From Schizosaccharomyces osmophilus (taxonomy: Eukaryota): DNA of 64,000 nt. Both the position numbers and the translations under genes were made by a program. Position 1 is the first letter of the stretch. Each line of letters starts with the position of its first letter. Below are positions 1 through 12,274 of the stretch, one piece after another. The notes below the pieces were generated by a model that saw only the letters and a program-made list of their open reading frames with translations, was not told where the DNA came from and did no database searches. The stretch spans positions 1,860,001 through 1,924,000 of the forward strand of contig NC_079239.1 in NCBI RefSeq assembly GCF_027921745.1, in the 5' to 3' direction.

Positions 1-1048
1 CCCAATCTTTTCGAACGACGAAGTTGTTCAAGTATTTTTCAAAGAGCCTAATGTATGTGCTTTCGTTGTTTCAAGCGATGTTTGAGCGAATCATATGCTA
101 ATTTTTTAGGTATATAAAACTTGGAGAAGAGAAAACTATTCCTTCATAAAAGAAAGCATCGCTTCCTTTCTTCAGGATCCAATCGACTCTGTACCAGATG
201 TATCAGAATCGTGTAAAGAGCGGCTTCTAAAGGCTGGTACGGCTTGCGGGATAGCAATTAATAATCAGGTGAACATTATTAGAATCTTTGAGAAAGCTAT
301 TTACACGATGGACCATCTTCATGATGATGTGAATCGTCTACAAAACTCTTTTAAGTGAGTATGAATGTTGAATTTCATTTTACTAACAAGGTTAGCTGCT
401 TACTTGACAGTGGGATTTACCAACGGGTTTTTAATTCTGGTTTTGCACAAAGAGAAAGTAGTACTATGACTTTGGTCAGTAGACACGCCTACAATGTCGA
501 CACATTACAGCATCAGCAAAGTTTCACATTAAAGAATTCCTTTATTACGAATCTTACTCGGGAAACCAAAATGCTTATATCATTAAGGGTATGTTTTAGG
601 TGTTTGATATGAGTATTAACAAGTAGCAACTGATTGAAAGAATGTCTACACCATTTAATACTGATTTAACAAAAATTAAGTTTTTAATATCTAATGACGA
701 GAATTTGTTAAGAGAAGCTACGATACACGATTCAACGAATGGAAGAAACTCTGCTACTCTCGGCAGCCCTGAAAACCGAATTGAAAGTAATTTGCACAAG
801 GTAATATATTTCTGGCTAGAAGTGAAACTAACATGATATGTAAGAAAAAACAATTATATGCCGATACCCTTCGGCAAAGATTCCAGATTGATCAATACCT
901 CTATGAAGAAATAGAGTATCTACAAAATTACTTAACAATTCTCGGGAATCCTTACATCGATTATTGCAAACAGCGTATCAGGTACGAGGAGGAAGGGCTA
1001 AACATATGGCAGTCCTTGAGGCGTGATTTCGAAAATTTATATGCTTAA
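1..1048 (+). CDS. mvp1: 3' part of PX-BAR sorting nexin (Mvp1-like), multi-exon, 5' truncated
   Basis: Frame 2 reads PIFSNDEVVQVFFKEPN (end of a PX domain). Introns with GT..CTAA/TTAAC..AG at about 53-108, 355-390, 589-626 and 801-844 join helical BAR-like exons ending at TAA 1048. Position next to nde2/pcu4 matches recalled S. pombe order. Confidence 0.7.
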
Positions 1049-1239
1049 TCCAATTTATTGAAAAGTTAATAGCTATAAGAATATACAAACAAAAAAGAAA
1101 CCTGTATGTAAATAATAAAACGAGGCTTAAACCAGACCGTTGCTTAAGCGCATTTTAAATTAGATTTACGCTTCCACGTAAGGATGACTAAAAAAAGCAT
1201 TTTAATAAGATCTACATATCTTGAGAGTTGGGGGGTTGT

Positions 1240-2934
1240 TTAAAGGGAAGAAATATCACGGCCAAAGAGGGAAGTACGGATCCAATCCAACATAACGTTG
1301 GTACGGTTACGAAGGGAATACAATTCGGAAAGATAGGCGGAGCGCCAGAAAAAGAAAGCAAGGTAACCACTGGCATGAATTTGCTTATCGAGGAAAGGAA
1401 CATTCAAATCAGCGATTGCTTTTTCATGACCAACATAGGCAAGAGAGCCTTGGTGAGAATATTTGAAAGGACGGAAGACCTTAGTAGAAGCGTGCTTCTC
1501 ATTAGCGAGAGAGATGAGAGCGGCGGAATCTAATTCCTCACCAACGGCAATATGTCTGTCGATGCGAGGTTTTTCAAAGTCAAGGGAACCAAGTTTGTTG
1601 AACAATTGACCAAGGAAAGCACCTTGTTGAGACGCGACTTGAGCAGTAGGGGCATAAGCAGTGGAAGTGCAGTCACCAAGGGCAAAGACGTCTTGCATAC
1701 CATTGACTTGCATGTAATCATCAACGATCAAACCACGGCGGTTGGTTTGTTCATCCAAAGAATGGATGACTTTGTTGATGAGAGGACGAGGTCGGTTACC
1801 ACCAGCCCAAACCAAGAGTCCAAAAGGAATAGCCTCCTCGACTTTATTGCCTTCGGGGTCTTTGACTTCGACGATGATGTTGTCCGGGGTGACTTCCTTG
1901 AGGGCAGTGTTGGTTCTGATGTTGATGTTGGTTTTAGCGAAAAGAGACTTGGTATATTCACGTAACTTGCTGCTGAACATGGGAAGAACGGAAGGCAAAG
2001 CTTCGATTAGGGTTACAGAGAAATCGTTAGCAAGTTCAGGGTACCAAGATTTAAGATCATCCTTGATGAAATCAGCCATTTCACCAGCGAATTCCATACC
2101 GGTGGGACCACCACCGACGACGACGAAGTGAACGTAACGGCGACGGGTTTCAGGATCAAGGTTCTTGAACTGAGCCTGTTCGAGACACTTCATGATACGG
2201 GTGCGAATTTTTTGGGAATCCCACATTTCCTTCAAAAAGCAACCATGCTCTTCGATTCCGGGGATGCCAAAAGTTTGGGTTTCGGCACCGACGGAGCTGA
2301 CCAAGTAGTCGTAATTAATTTGCTCGACCAACTCCTGACCATCAGAAGTTTGTCTACGGATTTCGACGACCTTGCTATCTTTATCGATGTCGCTGCACTC
2401 GGCCTCATAGAACTTGACGAAGTGAGACTTGTGACGGAGAAGATAGCGAATGGGTTGGACAATGCTACGGCTATGAACGGAACCAGTGGCGGTAGAAGGC
2501 AAAAGAGAGGTGAAGAGGAAATAGTTTCTGGGGGAGACGACGACGACATTGTAAAGAGAGCTATCGATCGTTCGGAGGATGGAGGTGGCACCCCAACCGG
2601 CACCCAAAATGACCAGAGTTTTTTTGGAAGGGTCAGGGAAAGGTTGCTTTTCATCGGGATGACGGAATCTGTAGATGGAAACACCATAGCAAAAGACGCT
2701 AGCAGCAATCAGACCCAAACCGACTCGCTTTGTAATCTTCCAGCGTTTGCTTGGAAGAGGAGAAGGGGAAGCAGTTTGCTTGGCAGAGGAGGAAGCATTT
2801 GCTCTAGGGCGAGACGTGTTGAAGAAGCGTGCCTTGAGAGCAAAAGTAGATGGCGACGACGTGTTGACAAAGGGGGAACGGAGTCCAGCGACACGTCTAT
2901 TCAAAGATTGCGAAAATAGTTTTGCAAGAGTCAT
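1240..2934 (-). CDS. nde2: External mitochondrial type II NADH:ubiquinone oxidoreductase
   Basis: Arg/Ser-rich presequence and TM segment; two Rossmann motifs (VILGAGWGA, VVVGGGPTGMEFAGE); ALGD and APTAQVASQQG motifs. First ATG at 2934. Confidence 0.92.
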   Translation of the reverse strand: MTLAKLFSQSLNRRVAGLRSPFVNTSSPSTFALKARFFNTSRPRANASSSAKQTASPSPLPSKRWKITKRVGLGLIAASVFCYGVSIYRFRHPDEKQPFPDPSKKTLVILGAGWGATSILRTIDSSLYNVVVVSPRNYFLFTSLLPSTATGSVHSRSIVQPIRYLLRHKSHFVKFYEAECSDIDKDSKVVEIRRQTSDGQELVEQINYDYLVSSVGAETQTFGIPGIEEHGCFLKEMWDSQKIRTRIMKCLEQAQFKNLDPETRRRYVHFVVVGGGPTGMEFAGEMADFIKDDLKSWYPELANDFSVTLIEALPSVLPMFSSKLREYTKSLFAKTNINIRTNTALKEVTPDNIIVEVKDPEGNKVEEAIPFGLLVWAGGNRPRPLINKVIHSLDEQTNRRGLIVDDYMQVNGMQDVFALGDCTSTAYAPTAQVASQQGAFLGQLFNKLGSLDFEKPRIDRHIAVGEELDSAALISLANEKHASTKVFRPFKYSHQGSLAYVGHEKAIADLNVPFLDKQIHASGYLAFFFWRSAYLSELYSLRNRTNVMLDWIRTSLFGRDISSL

Positions 2935-3955
2935 TGTGAAAAGCAAGAAGACCTATTTCAATCGTATAAAAGATTGAGAAGAGAGAGGAGGGATTGAGAA
3001 AGTAATAGAATGAGAGAAGAGGAGGGGGGGGAGGAAAAATACGTAAACAACAATTCTTTTGCTTTGTTGTTTAAAATGAAGAAAAAGAAAAAAGACGGTT
3101 TTTTTTATAAAATCAAAAGATTTCTTTCAAAAAAAAAAAAACGAAAAACGAAAACAAAACAAATTTGAAAAAGACAAAGAAAACAAATGAGAAAAGCAAA
3201 GCAAAGCAAAATAAAACAAAACAAAACAAACCAAATTTTCTTCTACCAAGGGTATTTCAATTTAAATTAAAATTAAATTTGAATAAAGGAAAGGGGGGAG
3301 GGAAAGAGTGAAATCACACTCTGTAACCAAATCTGATAATAAGTATAAGAATAAGAATAAGAATAGAAAACCGCAAGAAGGAGAAGAAAGACAAGAATCT
3401 AAAAACCCCACAGTGAATAAAACAACAATACGAATGTTTTCGCAAATGTGATTTTAAGAGCCAAGAAGACTTTTATAATCACGGCAAGTGTCTATCTTGT
3501 CCTGAAAACAAACAAAAAGAAGAAAAAGAAAAAGAAAAAAGACAGAATTTGTATATATGTGTCTAAATGTAGTAAAAATAGAGAGAGAGAGGTGTGTATG
3601 TAAGTGTTTGGAAGAGGAAAGGAAACTACGGAAAAGGAAAATTATAAAAACACAAGAGAAAAAAAAATGTCGACTAGAGATATGCTCTTCTAACTCTAGA
3701 CCACTGGAGAGCGGGAACAGGATGACTGCTAAAATAGAGGATTTTGTATTCCCAGTGGTTCGCCGTGTTCGCCTTTTCAAGCGTTCTTGTTGGGGTATCA
3801 ATGTGAGGAGACGACCAATAAGCGAAACGATTGCGGGAGGGACAAACTCTACATTTCAGACAGCGACAATGTTTATGTAAACAAATCCATATCGGATTAT
3901 CTAATGTCTATAGATTGGAAAAGGAAGAAAGCATTGAACCGTCGGTTGGTATTTC

Positions 3956-3986
<31 letters not shown>

Positions 3987-4205
3987 TTTTTGTATTTGTA
4001 TTTGTAATTTTTTGTTTTTCGTGTCTCTTGACTCATTTCATTTTTAGCTCTTTTTGTCTCGTTTTGCTTCTTCGTCAATCAGCTGGGATTGGGTTTGTCG
4101 GTGTTCTGGATTTAGCTTCTGTCGCGTCTTGAAACATTTTTTCCGAGAATGCTTGCTCGGTCCCGGAAACGTCCGATTCGTCTTTTGTTGCGTAAAGCGA
4201 ACGAT

Positions 4206-4312
4206 ATGACGTTACCTTTATTCATGAAAGTATTTCGCGGATGAAAAGGTTTACGTCACTATGAAACGTTAAAAGAATGTTATTCCATCTAAGCGAGTCG
4301 ATTGCTTGACGT
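4206..4312. promoter_or_regulatory. Cluster of three CRE-type (Atf1/Pcr1) sites upstream of nde2
   Basis: ATGACGT 4206-4212, ACGTCA 4253-4258 and TGACGT 4307-4312. Confidence 0.5.
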
Positions 4313-4330
4313 CTCGTACGAGCAGCACGG

Positions 4331-4360
4331 AGGGACGAGAACGGACGAGAACTGACGAGA
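4331..4360. repeat. Imperfect 10-bp tandem repeat x3 (GACGAGA core)
   Basis: agggacgaga acggacgaga actgacgaga. Confidence 0.7.
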
Positions 4361-5000
4361 GTAAGTTGAGAGTGCGATAGGCATTGTCATGAAAGAGGAG
4401 CACAGGAGCGGAGGAGCAGAGGTGGTGGGTTGGGTCGAGTGGGGGTAGAGCATTCTAAAGACACAAGACAGAGAGGTTTAAAAAAGGAAATGGGGGTTTG
4501 AGATGGGGTGTGAAATGGGGGTCCACGTTCGCTCTTGTGTCTCTGCATTGGATCCTTTGAAATCGATGGCTTGTATTCCTATTTTATGGAAATATATTCT
4601 CTTTCATTATCTGTTCGAATTATAGAATTATAAAATAGAATCGTACAATAATAGAATAATAGGATAATAAATGAATCAAATTCTCATTCTTTTGGTCACG
4701 ACTTGCAATTTGCAGATTGCATGTCATTGTATGACCCTGTTGGTACAATGCGTACCCCAGCCAGTGAAGCCAATCTAGCCATGGTCGCTCTCTTCTCTAC
4801 AAGCCTAGTCTACGACTCGTCTGCGACTTGCCGTAACCTGTGACTTTTGGTAAACAAAGCATAAAAGTAGAGACAAATAAAAAATAGAAAATAGAAAATT
4901 AAAATAAAAACAATAATCGATAATCGATAATCGATAAAAACCAGTTTTAGTGCATCATCAATCTCATTATAAACAATTTACTTTTTTCCTCTCCTCTCCC

Positions 5001-7199
5001 TTATGGTACATACACATACTCGTTGCCATCTTGTCGTTCTAGGTATTCCTTGTTAAGCAATTTTTCAATCGTCGACTTGATATCCGATATCTCTGGAACA
5101 CCCCGATCCTTGGAAATCTCTATTGTCTTTTCTACAAGCTGGTCATGACTTAGTCGTTCGTTTTGTTTCATAATCCGCACCACCGCGGCTTGTAGCTCAA
5201 ACTGTCTGTCTTGCACCACTTGCTCTTGTACTTCTTCACTTTCCTGCCGTTCATCCTTCAGGTAAATCTGATTGATCTTGATTCGGTACAACTTGTCTGT
5301 AAATTTCTCATTCACATAAAACTTCGTCTCCGGCTTCGGTACTTTTCCCTTCGGAACCATCACCAGCGGCCGTACACGAACGCAACTCAACGATTGCAAC
5401 GTTCTCGTCAAATCCGCCTCTGACAATTCCGTCGCTTTCTGCAAATCCCGATACGTAAGTCCTTCCCCAGGTGCGCATCCATTAAACTTCAACAAAACAC
5501 ACGCTTGAAACAACGATATGCTAAGCTCCTTGTTGCCCAGAGGAAATCGCGCTTTCACCAAACAATGTCCCAGCGATGGCAGCCATCGAATCTGTTTGCT
5601 CGTTTGCTTTGCCAGATAGAATTTCTCAAATTGCTGTATATCTTCTTGCATGTCCTCCGGCAACCGTACATGCCCTTCCGGATACGCCGGCCAATACGCC
5701 TGCGACAACACGTTCACATACAAATCTCGGTGAAGATTTTTTGACAACTTGGATTGTTGGAATGAACTCGAAAACTCTTTCGACAAATTTATATCCCTAA
5801 ACATCCCTTCCAATGCATGCGTAAACTGACTTCCGCACGTCTTTTTTAGCATCTCCAACAGCAGCCGCTCGTTTTGCGAACTCGCCGATTTGTTAAGCAA
5901 TAGCCGCTTCGCAATGTCCCGCTTGTAAAACGCTTCAAATACATCTTTGCTTGCAACATATCGAAATATATCTAATAGCGTTTCGAAAATTTCCAGTAAA
6001 GGCGTGCCCTTCGTTACCTGCTCCCCATACCGAAGTAAATAATCAATATACTTGGCTATAGACTTTGCCGGTGCTTCTCTGCGTTTTCCCGATCCACCAT
6101 TGATAAATGTTTCAAACGATTTCCGCATTGCATACGATAACGCTTCATCGTTGGAAAAAGCCTTCTCTATCACCGTTTGCAAGAAAGTATGCAATGACAG
6201 CATATTCGGTACTAACACATCTTCATCTTTTTCGTCATTCACAAGCTCAAACCCGATCTCTGTGAGGCAATTAGACCACGGTTGGACTAATTCCGATGTT
6301 TCTGAAGTCAGATGGAGGAGAGAGTATAAACGTTTGCACGAATCTAAATCGCGATCGCAAACAAATTTTCGAATGCCATTCACTAACATAGGTAAATGGC
6401 TTTGGATCAGCCGATTTTGTAACGTTTCAAGAATATCCTTTTGATGTCGAACTAAATCAAATTCTTTTATGACCAACAATTCGTAATCTAGGCTTTGCTG
6501 AACATACAGCAAGTATTCATTCATCGAAACCGTCTTTATGCGATCCTCGGATTGAGATTGGTAAAATTGGTCCAAAAAACAAAGGTACATCGGCATAAAT
6601 ACGAGTCCATAGTATTGGACACGATGAAGGATTAACATCGCTTCTTGTAGGCAACCACGATCAATTTGTTTTCCTGAATGAATCTCTTCATAAAGCTTCA
6701 AAACGTCATTCAAAAACGGAACTTGAATGGTCTTCGTACTCAAAAGCTCATCACGAAATAGAGAAAGGGCGAAATCTCCTACTGTAGGAAACTCTGGGGA
6801 TTTTGCAAGAAACGTCTTGTCCATGTAATAAAAGACGTTTTGGACAGTTTCTACCCGCTCCATCCATTGCTTCCAATGCCGGACTACGATGGAGCAAGCA
6901 TTGACTTCGTCTGTCTTGTGGGAAATGGAGGCCAGGCAAGCATCTGTTAGTAACTGAATACCGGATGTAAAGTGATTTTGCAATAAAGTAAAGCAGCGGT
7001 AAGCCTGATTGGCCTTGGTTAAGTTTTCAATGCCTGAATATAGTTCTTGATAGCCAGTCTTCAAACCCAAGCCTGCCATAATGACCTGCAGAGCAATGTC
7101 TAGTTGCTGGATCATAACATTATAATATTTTTCTTGTCGCTGTTTGGATTTCAGAGGGTCAAACCCTTTGATAACAATCCTTTTGGCTTCCGTAGGCAT
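5001..7199 (-). CDS. pcu4: Cullin-4
   Basis: Cullin homology motifs KDVFEAFYKRDIAKRLL and LEGMFRDI; C-terminal neddylation site AAVVRIMK and EYLER. Confidence 0.93.
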   Translation of the reverse strand: MPTEAKRIVIKGFDPLKSKQRQEKYYNVMIQQLDIALQVIMAGLGLKTGYQELYSGIENLTKANQAYRCFTLLQNHFTSGIQLLTDACLASISHKTDEVNACSIVVRHWKQWMERVETVQNVFYYMDKTFLAKSPEFPTVGDFALSLFRDELLSTKTIQVPFLNDVLKLYEEIHSGKQIDRGCLQEAMLILHRVQYYGLVFMPMYLCFLDQFYQSQSEDRIKTVSMNEYLLYVQQSLDYELLVIKEFDLVRHQKDILETLQNRLIQSHLPMLVNGIRKFVCDRDLDSCKRLYSLLHLTSETSELVQPWSNCLTEIGFELVNDEKDEDVLVPNMLSLHTFLQTVIEKAFSNDEALSYAMRKSFETFINGGSGKRREAPAKSIAKYIDYLLRYGEQVTKGTPLLEIFETLLDIFRYVASKDVFEAFYKRDIAKRLLLNKSASSQNERLLLEMLKKTCGSQFTHALEGMFRDINLSKEFSSSFQQSKLSKNLHRDLYVNVLSQAYWPAYPEGHVRLPEDMQEDIQQFEKFYLAKQTSKQIRWLPSLGHCLVKARFPLGNKELSISLFQACVLLKFNGCAPGEGLTYRDLQKATELSEADLTRTLQSLSCVRVRPLVMVPKGKVPKPETKFYVNEKFTDKLYRIKINQIYLKDERQESEEVQEQVVQDRQFELQAAVVRIMKQNERLSHDQLVEKTIEISKDRGVPEISDIKSTIEKLLNKEYLERQDGNEYVYVP

Positions 7200-8100
7200 A
7201 TTAATAAAATTCTTACTTTATTAGCAAGGAGGAACGTATGAGTCAAGTTTGGGTACCCTCCGTAAGAAACGTCAATATATCTTTAATACACGAAATGAAA
7301 AGGCTATCCGTGAGAATAACGTACAGCTTTGTCCTTTTCTCCAGCAATAAAGCACTATGGGCAGTTAAATGAACCCTAGGTGAATGAAATTAATTAGAAT
7401 TAAGTACAAGTGTAACGTCGAGAATGAAAGAAAAAAGATATCGCACCGCTAGTTTCCTCAGCAAACCTTTACACTCAAAATTAAAAGAAAATGAATGAAA
7501 AGTTAATTCGCAGACGCCTATTAATGCATATACAAAGCTATATTGTTGCGCTTTTCAATACGCCGGTTATGTTGGGTGAAGAAAGTGAATTCCTCTATGT
7601 ACAAATATTTCCTTTTTATTATTAATGAGAAAAACTTCCCAAAAGTTATTTCTTGTTCCTTCCCTTTTGGTAAATCGCTGTTAAGAACTGCTTGGAAAGC
7701 CTACTTCGTCTTAGCAAAAACCATTATTTCTCAGATTTTCTATATACTTATATATAATTGGAGTATTATACAAACGAAAATCAACGAAACATAATAAAAA
7801 TGAAAGAAAAAAAAAACAATCATTCCCAATACCTTCCTTGTTCCATTTAAACGCTTTTTTCCTTGTTCCTTGTTCCTTAAAATAGAATACAAAAGTTTTC
7901 ACAGGGGTGATAAATACTGTTGTGTTTGTGTTTAATGCGGTTGTTTTTTTTTTTGACTTTGGCATATATTTACACATAAATAATTCCAAACACCTGGCAT
8001 AGGGATTAAAACAATCCCAATCTGATTTCCATATCATTCCTTACCCTCGTATCCCTTTTTTGATACCCTTAATTACTTTATTGTAAATTATATTTGTAGA

Positions 8101-10600
8101 ATGGCATGGAGTCAGCTGGAAATCAGCAAACCGCATTTAGCATATGCTATTTTAGGAGGGTTCACCTCTCTTTTCATGCTTTGCTCGTTGATTATAAAAG
8201 AAAAGTTGTATATAGGTGAAGCTAGTAAGTACCTGGCTATTAGGCGAGTCAATTGCTACCGGTATTTGTTATCCTGGTAACCTTTATTTGTCTAATCCAT
8301 CTTTTCTTTGTTTGTAGTCCTACTAGTTACTAACCTGTTTAGCAATCGCAACTATTTGCGGGTTAATTTTCGGTCCCCATGCTGCAAAAATTTTTGTACC
8401 CACGAGCTGGGGAAACTCAGATTATATTACTTTAGAACTTGCGCGTATCTTATTAATTGTTCAAGTGTTCGCTGCAGGGGTTGAACTTCCTAGGGCTTAT
8501 ATGCTGAGGCATTGGCGTAGCATGTTGATCATGCTGCTTCCTGTTATGGTATTTGGCTGGTTGGTCACCTGTGGATTTATGTTTGCTTTAATTCCCCGTC
8601 TCAGTTTTCTCGAAGCCCTCACTATATCTGCATGCGTTACTGCAACAGATCCTGTTTTAGCATCGTCTATTGTCGGCAGAGGCAAATTCGCTCGCCGCGT
8701 TCCCGGTCATTTACGAAATATGCTGTTGGCTGAATCTGGTTGTAATGATGGCATGGCTATTCCTTTCCTTTACCTCGGTCTCTACCTTATAATTGATAAG
8801 CCAGCTAGACATGCTGGACGCGATTGGGTATTACTTATTATTCTCTACGAGTGCGTTTTCGGTTGCTTCCTTGGAGCCGTAATTGGCGTAATAGCTCGCA
8901 AGGCTATTAAATTTTCAGAACGCAGAGGTTTGATGGATCGTGAAAGTTTTCTTGTATTTTACTTTGTTTTGGCTGTGTTCTGCAGTGGTGTCGGTACAAT
9001 TATTGGCGTTGATGATCTCCTCGTTTCTTTCTGTGCTGGTGCTGCTTTTTCTTGGGACAAATGGTTTTCAAAAAAGACTGAAGAGTCTCATGTATCCAAC
9101 GTTATTGACTTGCTTCTCAATCTTTCATTCTTTGTTTATATTGGCGCTATTATGCCTTGGGAGCAATTTCACATGCCTAATTTGGATCTTAGTGTTTGGC
9201 GTCTTGTAGTTTTGGCCATCTGCGTGTTAATAGGCAGGAGGATTCCCGCCGTTCTTGCCTTTAAAAAATTGATACCTGACATTATTAACTGGAGAGAAGC
9301 TTTGTTTGCCGGACACTTTGGCCCTATCGGAGTTGGTGCTATATATACTTGTCTTTTGGCTAGGGCCGAGCTTGAGCATGATGAAACTATACCTACCTCT
9401 GATCTTCCGCATGAGGGTGATCCTAACTATTATATTGTTACTGTAATGTGGCCTGTTGTTTGCTTCTTGGTCCTAAGCTCAATTATCGTTCATGGTAGTA
9501 GTATTGCTTTCTTTATGCTTGGCAAGCGCATAAACACTATTGCTCTTACTTTAACCAAAACCAGAGATTCACACTTCGCCTTTAATCTTCCTAGAGTTAA
9601 TCAAGGTCAAAGCTTGCCCTTAAAGCGAGGAAACAGCGTACGTTCTGGTGCCGCTCCTTCTATGGTTTCTTCCATTAGGCGTCGACATCCTGTTAATATT
9701 CAAGAAGATGAAGAGTCAATTGACGCATCATCCTCCATTTCTGCTCCAGTTCCTGCACATGTTCGGCCTCAGCATGTTGAATCTCATCCCGAAGACCAAG
9801 GTGAGCATGATGAAGAACCTGTTCCTGCGACCAAAGATTATGGTAGAGAGCATCGCCTTTCTAATGAAGAGGATAGAGAGGAAGAGATAAATCCAGGGAA
9901 CCAAAGCTACATGATTGGAAATGATCTTGTGCAGGAGGATTCTGAAGGTAATATTATATCACGTTCACGGTCAGGTGCTGATGGCGTTGAAAGATCACTC
10001 GATGATGAAAATGAAAATACGAAAGAAGAGGTCGCGTCTAATGGCAATAAGTCACAGTCTAAATTTCGTCAATTTTTTAAGAATCTTCACGACGCCTTTG
10101 AGCGTAATTATCACGTACCAGATAGCGACGAAAGAGATATTGGACAAGAAGAAGCTAGTATTGAGAATATTGTTCCCAGAAGAGAAAGAAGGAGGTCTGA
10201 TGCTTATTCACGTGAGAACAGTGTTGAGAGACAACGTCGTGAAGAAGTGTTAGGAAACATGGGAGACAGTGAAGATGAAGCGGAGGAACGTCCTGGTATA
10301 GATCCTAGAGAAGTTCGAGATGAACCAAATAATTTACCCAATGATAATGGATCCGATCACTTTACTGAGAGACTTAACCCTCATCCAGCGTCCGCTCGTT
10401 CGCATCATGAACAATCTCCAGACAGATCTGAAAGTACTGTTAATAATGAAGAAAAAGGAGATGAAGATGAAGAAGAATCCCAGCAAAATAAACCAAATAT
10501 TCGATTTTTGGATTTACCTACTCCGCGACCAAGCGGTCGCAGAAAATCATATACATCTTATCGTCGCAGTTCAATTGGAAGTGGATACCAAAGAGGTTAG
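8101..10600 (+). CDS. sod22: Plasma-membrane alkali cation/H+ antiporter (Nha1 type); intron 8225-8342
   Basis: Exon 1 MAWSQLEISKPHLAYAILGGF; GTAAGT..CTAAC..TAG intron; CPA1 motifs TATDPVLAS and ESGCNDG; long hydrophilic C-terminal tail. Confidence 0.92.
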
Positions 10601-10957
10601 TCTCAACGAAGGTCCGTAAAGAAAGCTCTTGTTCTATTTATTATCGTACTTGTTATTTATTAGTCAGAAAAACTTTTCCATATTTTATTTCTTTATAGCG
10701 TTCCCCTATTCTTGCGAATCGAAATTTCACAAGAACGCACAAGGGATTAAAGGATCAGACATTTCATCGGTATTTAATATAGTTAGCTTGCTATGGTTGG
10801 AAATCGTGAAATCATGATTTTGTATTTGCCGCCTACATAAATTACATTTAATCAACCGTTAAAAATGGCAGGTATTCACCAAAAGCGCTGCGATATATGT
10901 ATTAAAAATAATTTATTCATAAAGGGCAGAATATTAGGCATAAAAGATCTCATAACA

Positions 10958-12274
10958 TTATTTGCCAAGTTCATCTTCCCATTCAAGAAGTGGTTCATGT
11001 ATTTCATGGGATGCTTGTTCAGTGGCTTTCCACACGCGCAAAACATTACCGCCTGCAATGTTTATAAGATCATTTATAGAAAGTCCTAAATCGGCTAATC
11101 TGGTAAACAAAGCAGGGTACTTGGAGACGTCTTCGAGGCCTTTTGGGACCAATTCTATGCCATCATAATCGGCACCGAGCCCTATATGACGATAAGAGCC
11201 TGTCACCTTAGCAATATGTTGGATATGCTCAACTACGGTCTCCAAAGTGGTATTTCTGGGAGTCGGACTAATAAAGTTAGGATAGAAGTTTACCATCACA
11301 ACGCCGTCAGTGTCTTTGACCCGTGAAAGGACATCATCCGGAACATTCCTTGGATCTAAAAATTCAGTTAGTATACTAATAACAGCATATCACGAGGAAA
11401 CATTTAGCTTACGGTTGTGAATAGCTTTGGCAGAGCTATGAGAAAAAAAAGCTGGTGCTAAAGAAATATCTAAAGCTTGATGCATGACTTCAGGCGTTAC
11501 ATGGGACAAATCTGCCATCATGCCAAGACGATTCATTTCACGAACCAAAGCTCGTCCCGCTTCTGACAATCCACCATTGACTTGCTTACCGCCAACAGCA
11601 GCATCAGCAAAAACGTTATCACAGTTGTGGGCGAGCGTAGCATATCGCACTCCCATTTCATAGTAACGTCGTAAAATAGATGGGCTGCCAGCAATTTGGT
11701 GCAGACCCTCAATACCAATCATTCCTGAAATGCGTTTCCGTAAAAAGTTATATTTTACTTGATTGCTCTTGGTAGTCAAGGAAAAGTCTTGAGGGTATTT
11801 GTCAATCATACGCTTAATTATATCAAGTTGCTGCAAGGTTTGTTGTACAGCTTCATGTTCGCCAGATCTGTTCCACGCAAGAAAGCTATCTGGAGCCAGT
11901 GAAGGGCATTCAACAAACCCAGACCAAAATTGACCACCTACGTGGCCGCTTCTAAGGCGCTGGATATCCGTATGGCCAGTAGCATGGTGAAGGTCTCTGT
12001 CAGCCAACTTATTATCGTAATTTTCACGAATAAAAGTAGGAAAGTCATTATGACCATCAATTAAAGGGAAGTGATTTAGGACAAAATGAGCTTTTTGCTC
12101 TGAAGTCCAGAGAGAAGAAGGAATATAAAATTCCGGTCCTTTGTAAAGAGCAAATAAGAGGGATGCAGACAAAAGGCATAAGCTTATTTTTACATATTTA
12201 GGGATCCATTGCTTCTTTAGATTTGAAGGCTGAGTAGCTGGAAAAGGGATTTCAGACTTTTCTTCACAAGGCAT
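10958..12274 (-). CDS. Membrane dipeptidase (peptidase M19); intron 11356-11412
   Basis: N-terminal TM anchor; motifs IDGHND, GGQFWS, GIEG, DLSH, FSHS; splicing restores HPRNVPDD; IGLGADYDG. Confidence 0.9.

Noticed and set aside
1228..2977. Long + strand ORFs (up to 263 aa) antisense to nde2
   Set aside because: Shadow ORFs caused by the strong codon bias of nde2; no recognisable protein features.
3454..4047. Lys-rich and Phe-rich ORFs in the nde2 upstream region
   Set aside because: Products of A-rich and T-rich low-complexity DNA.
4331..4360. Short direct repeats as a CRISPR-like array
   Set aside because: 10-bp tandem units without spacers, in a eukaryotic genome with no cas genes.
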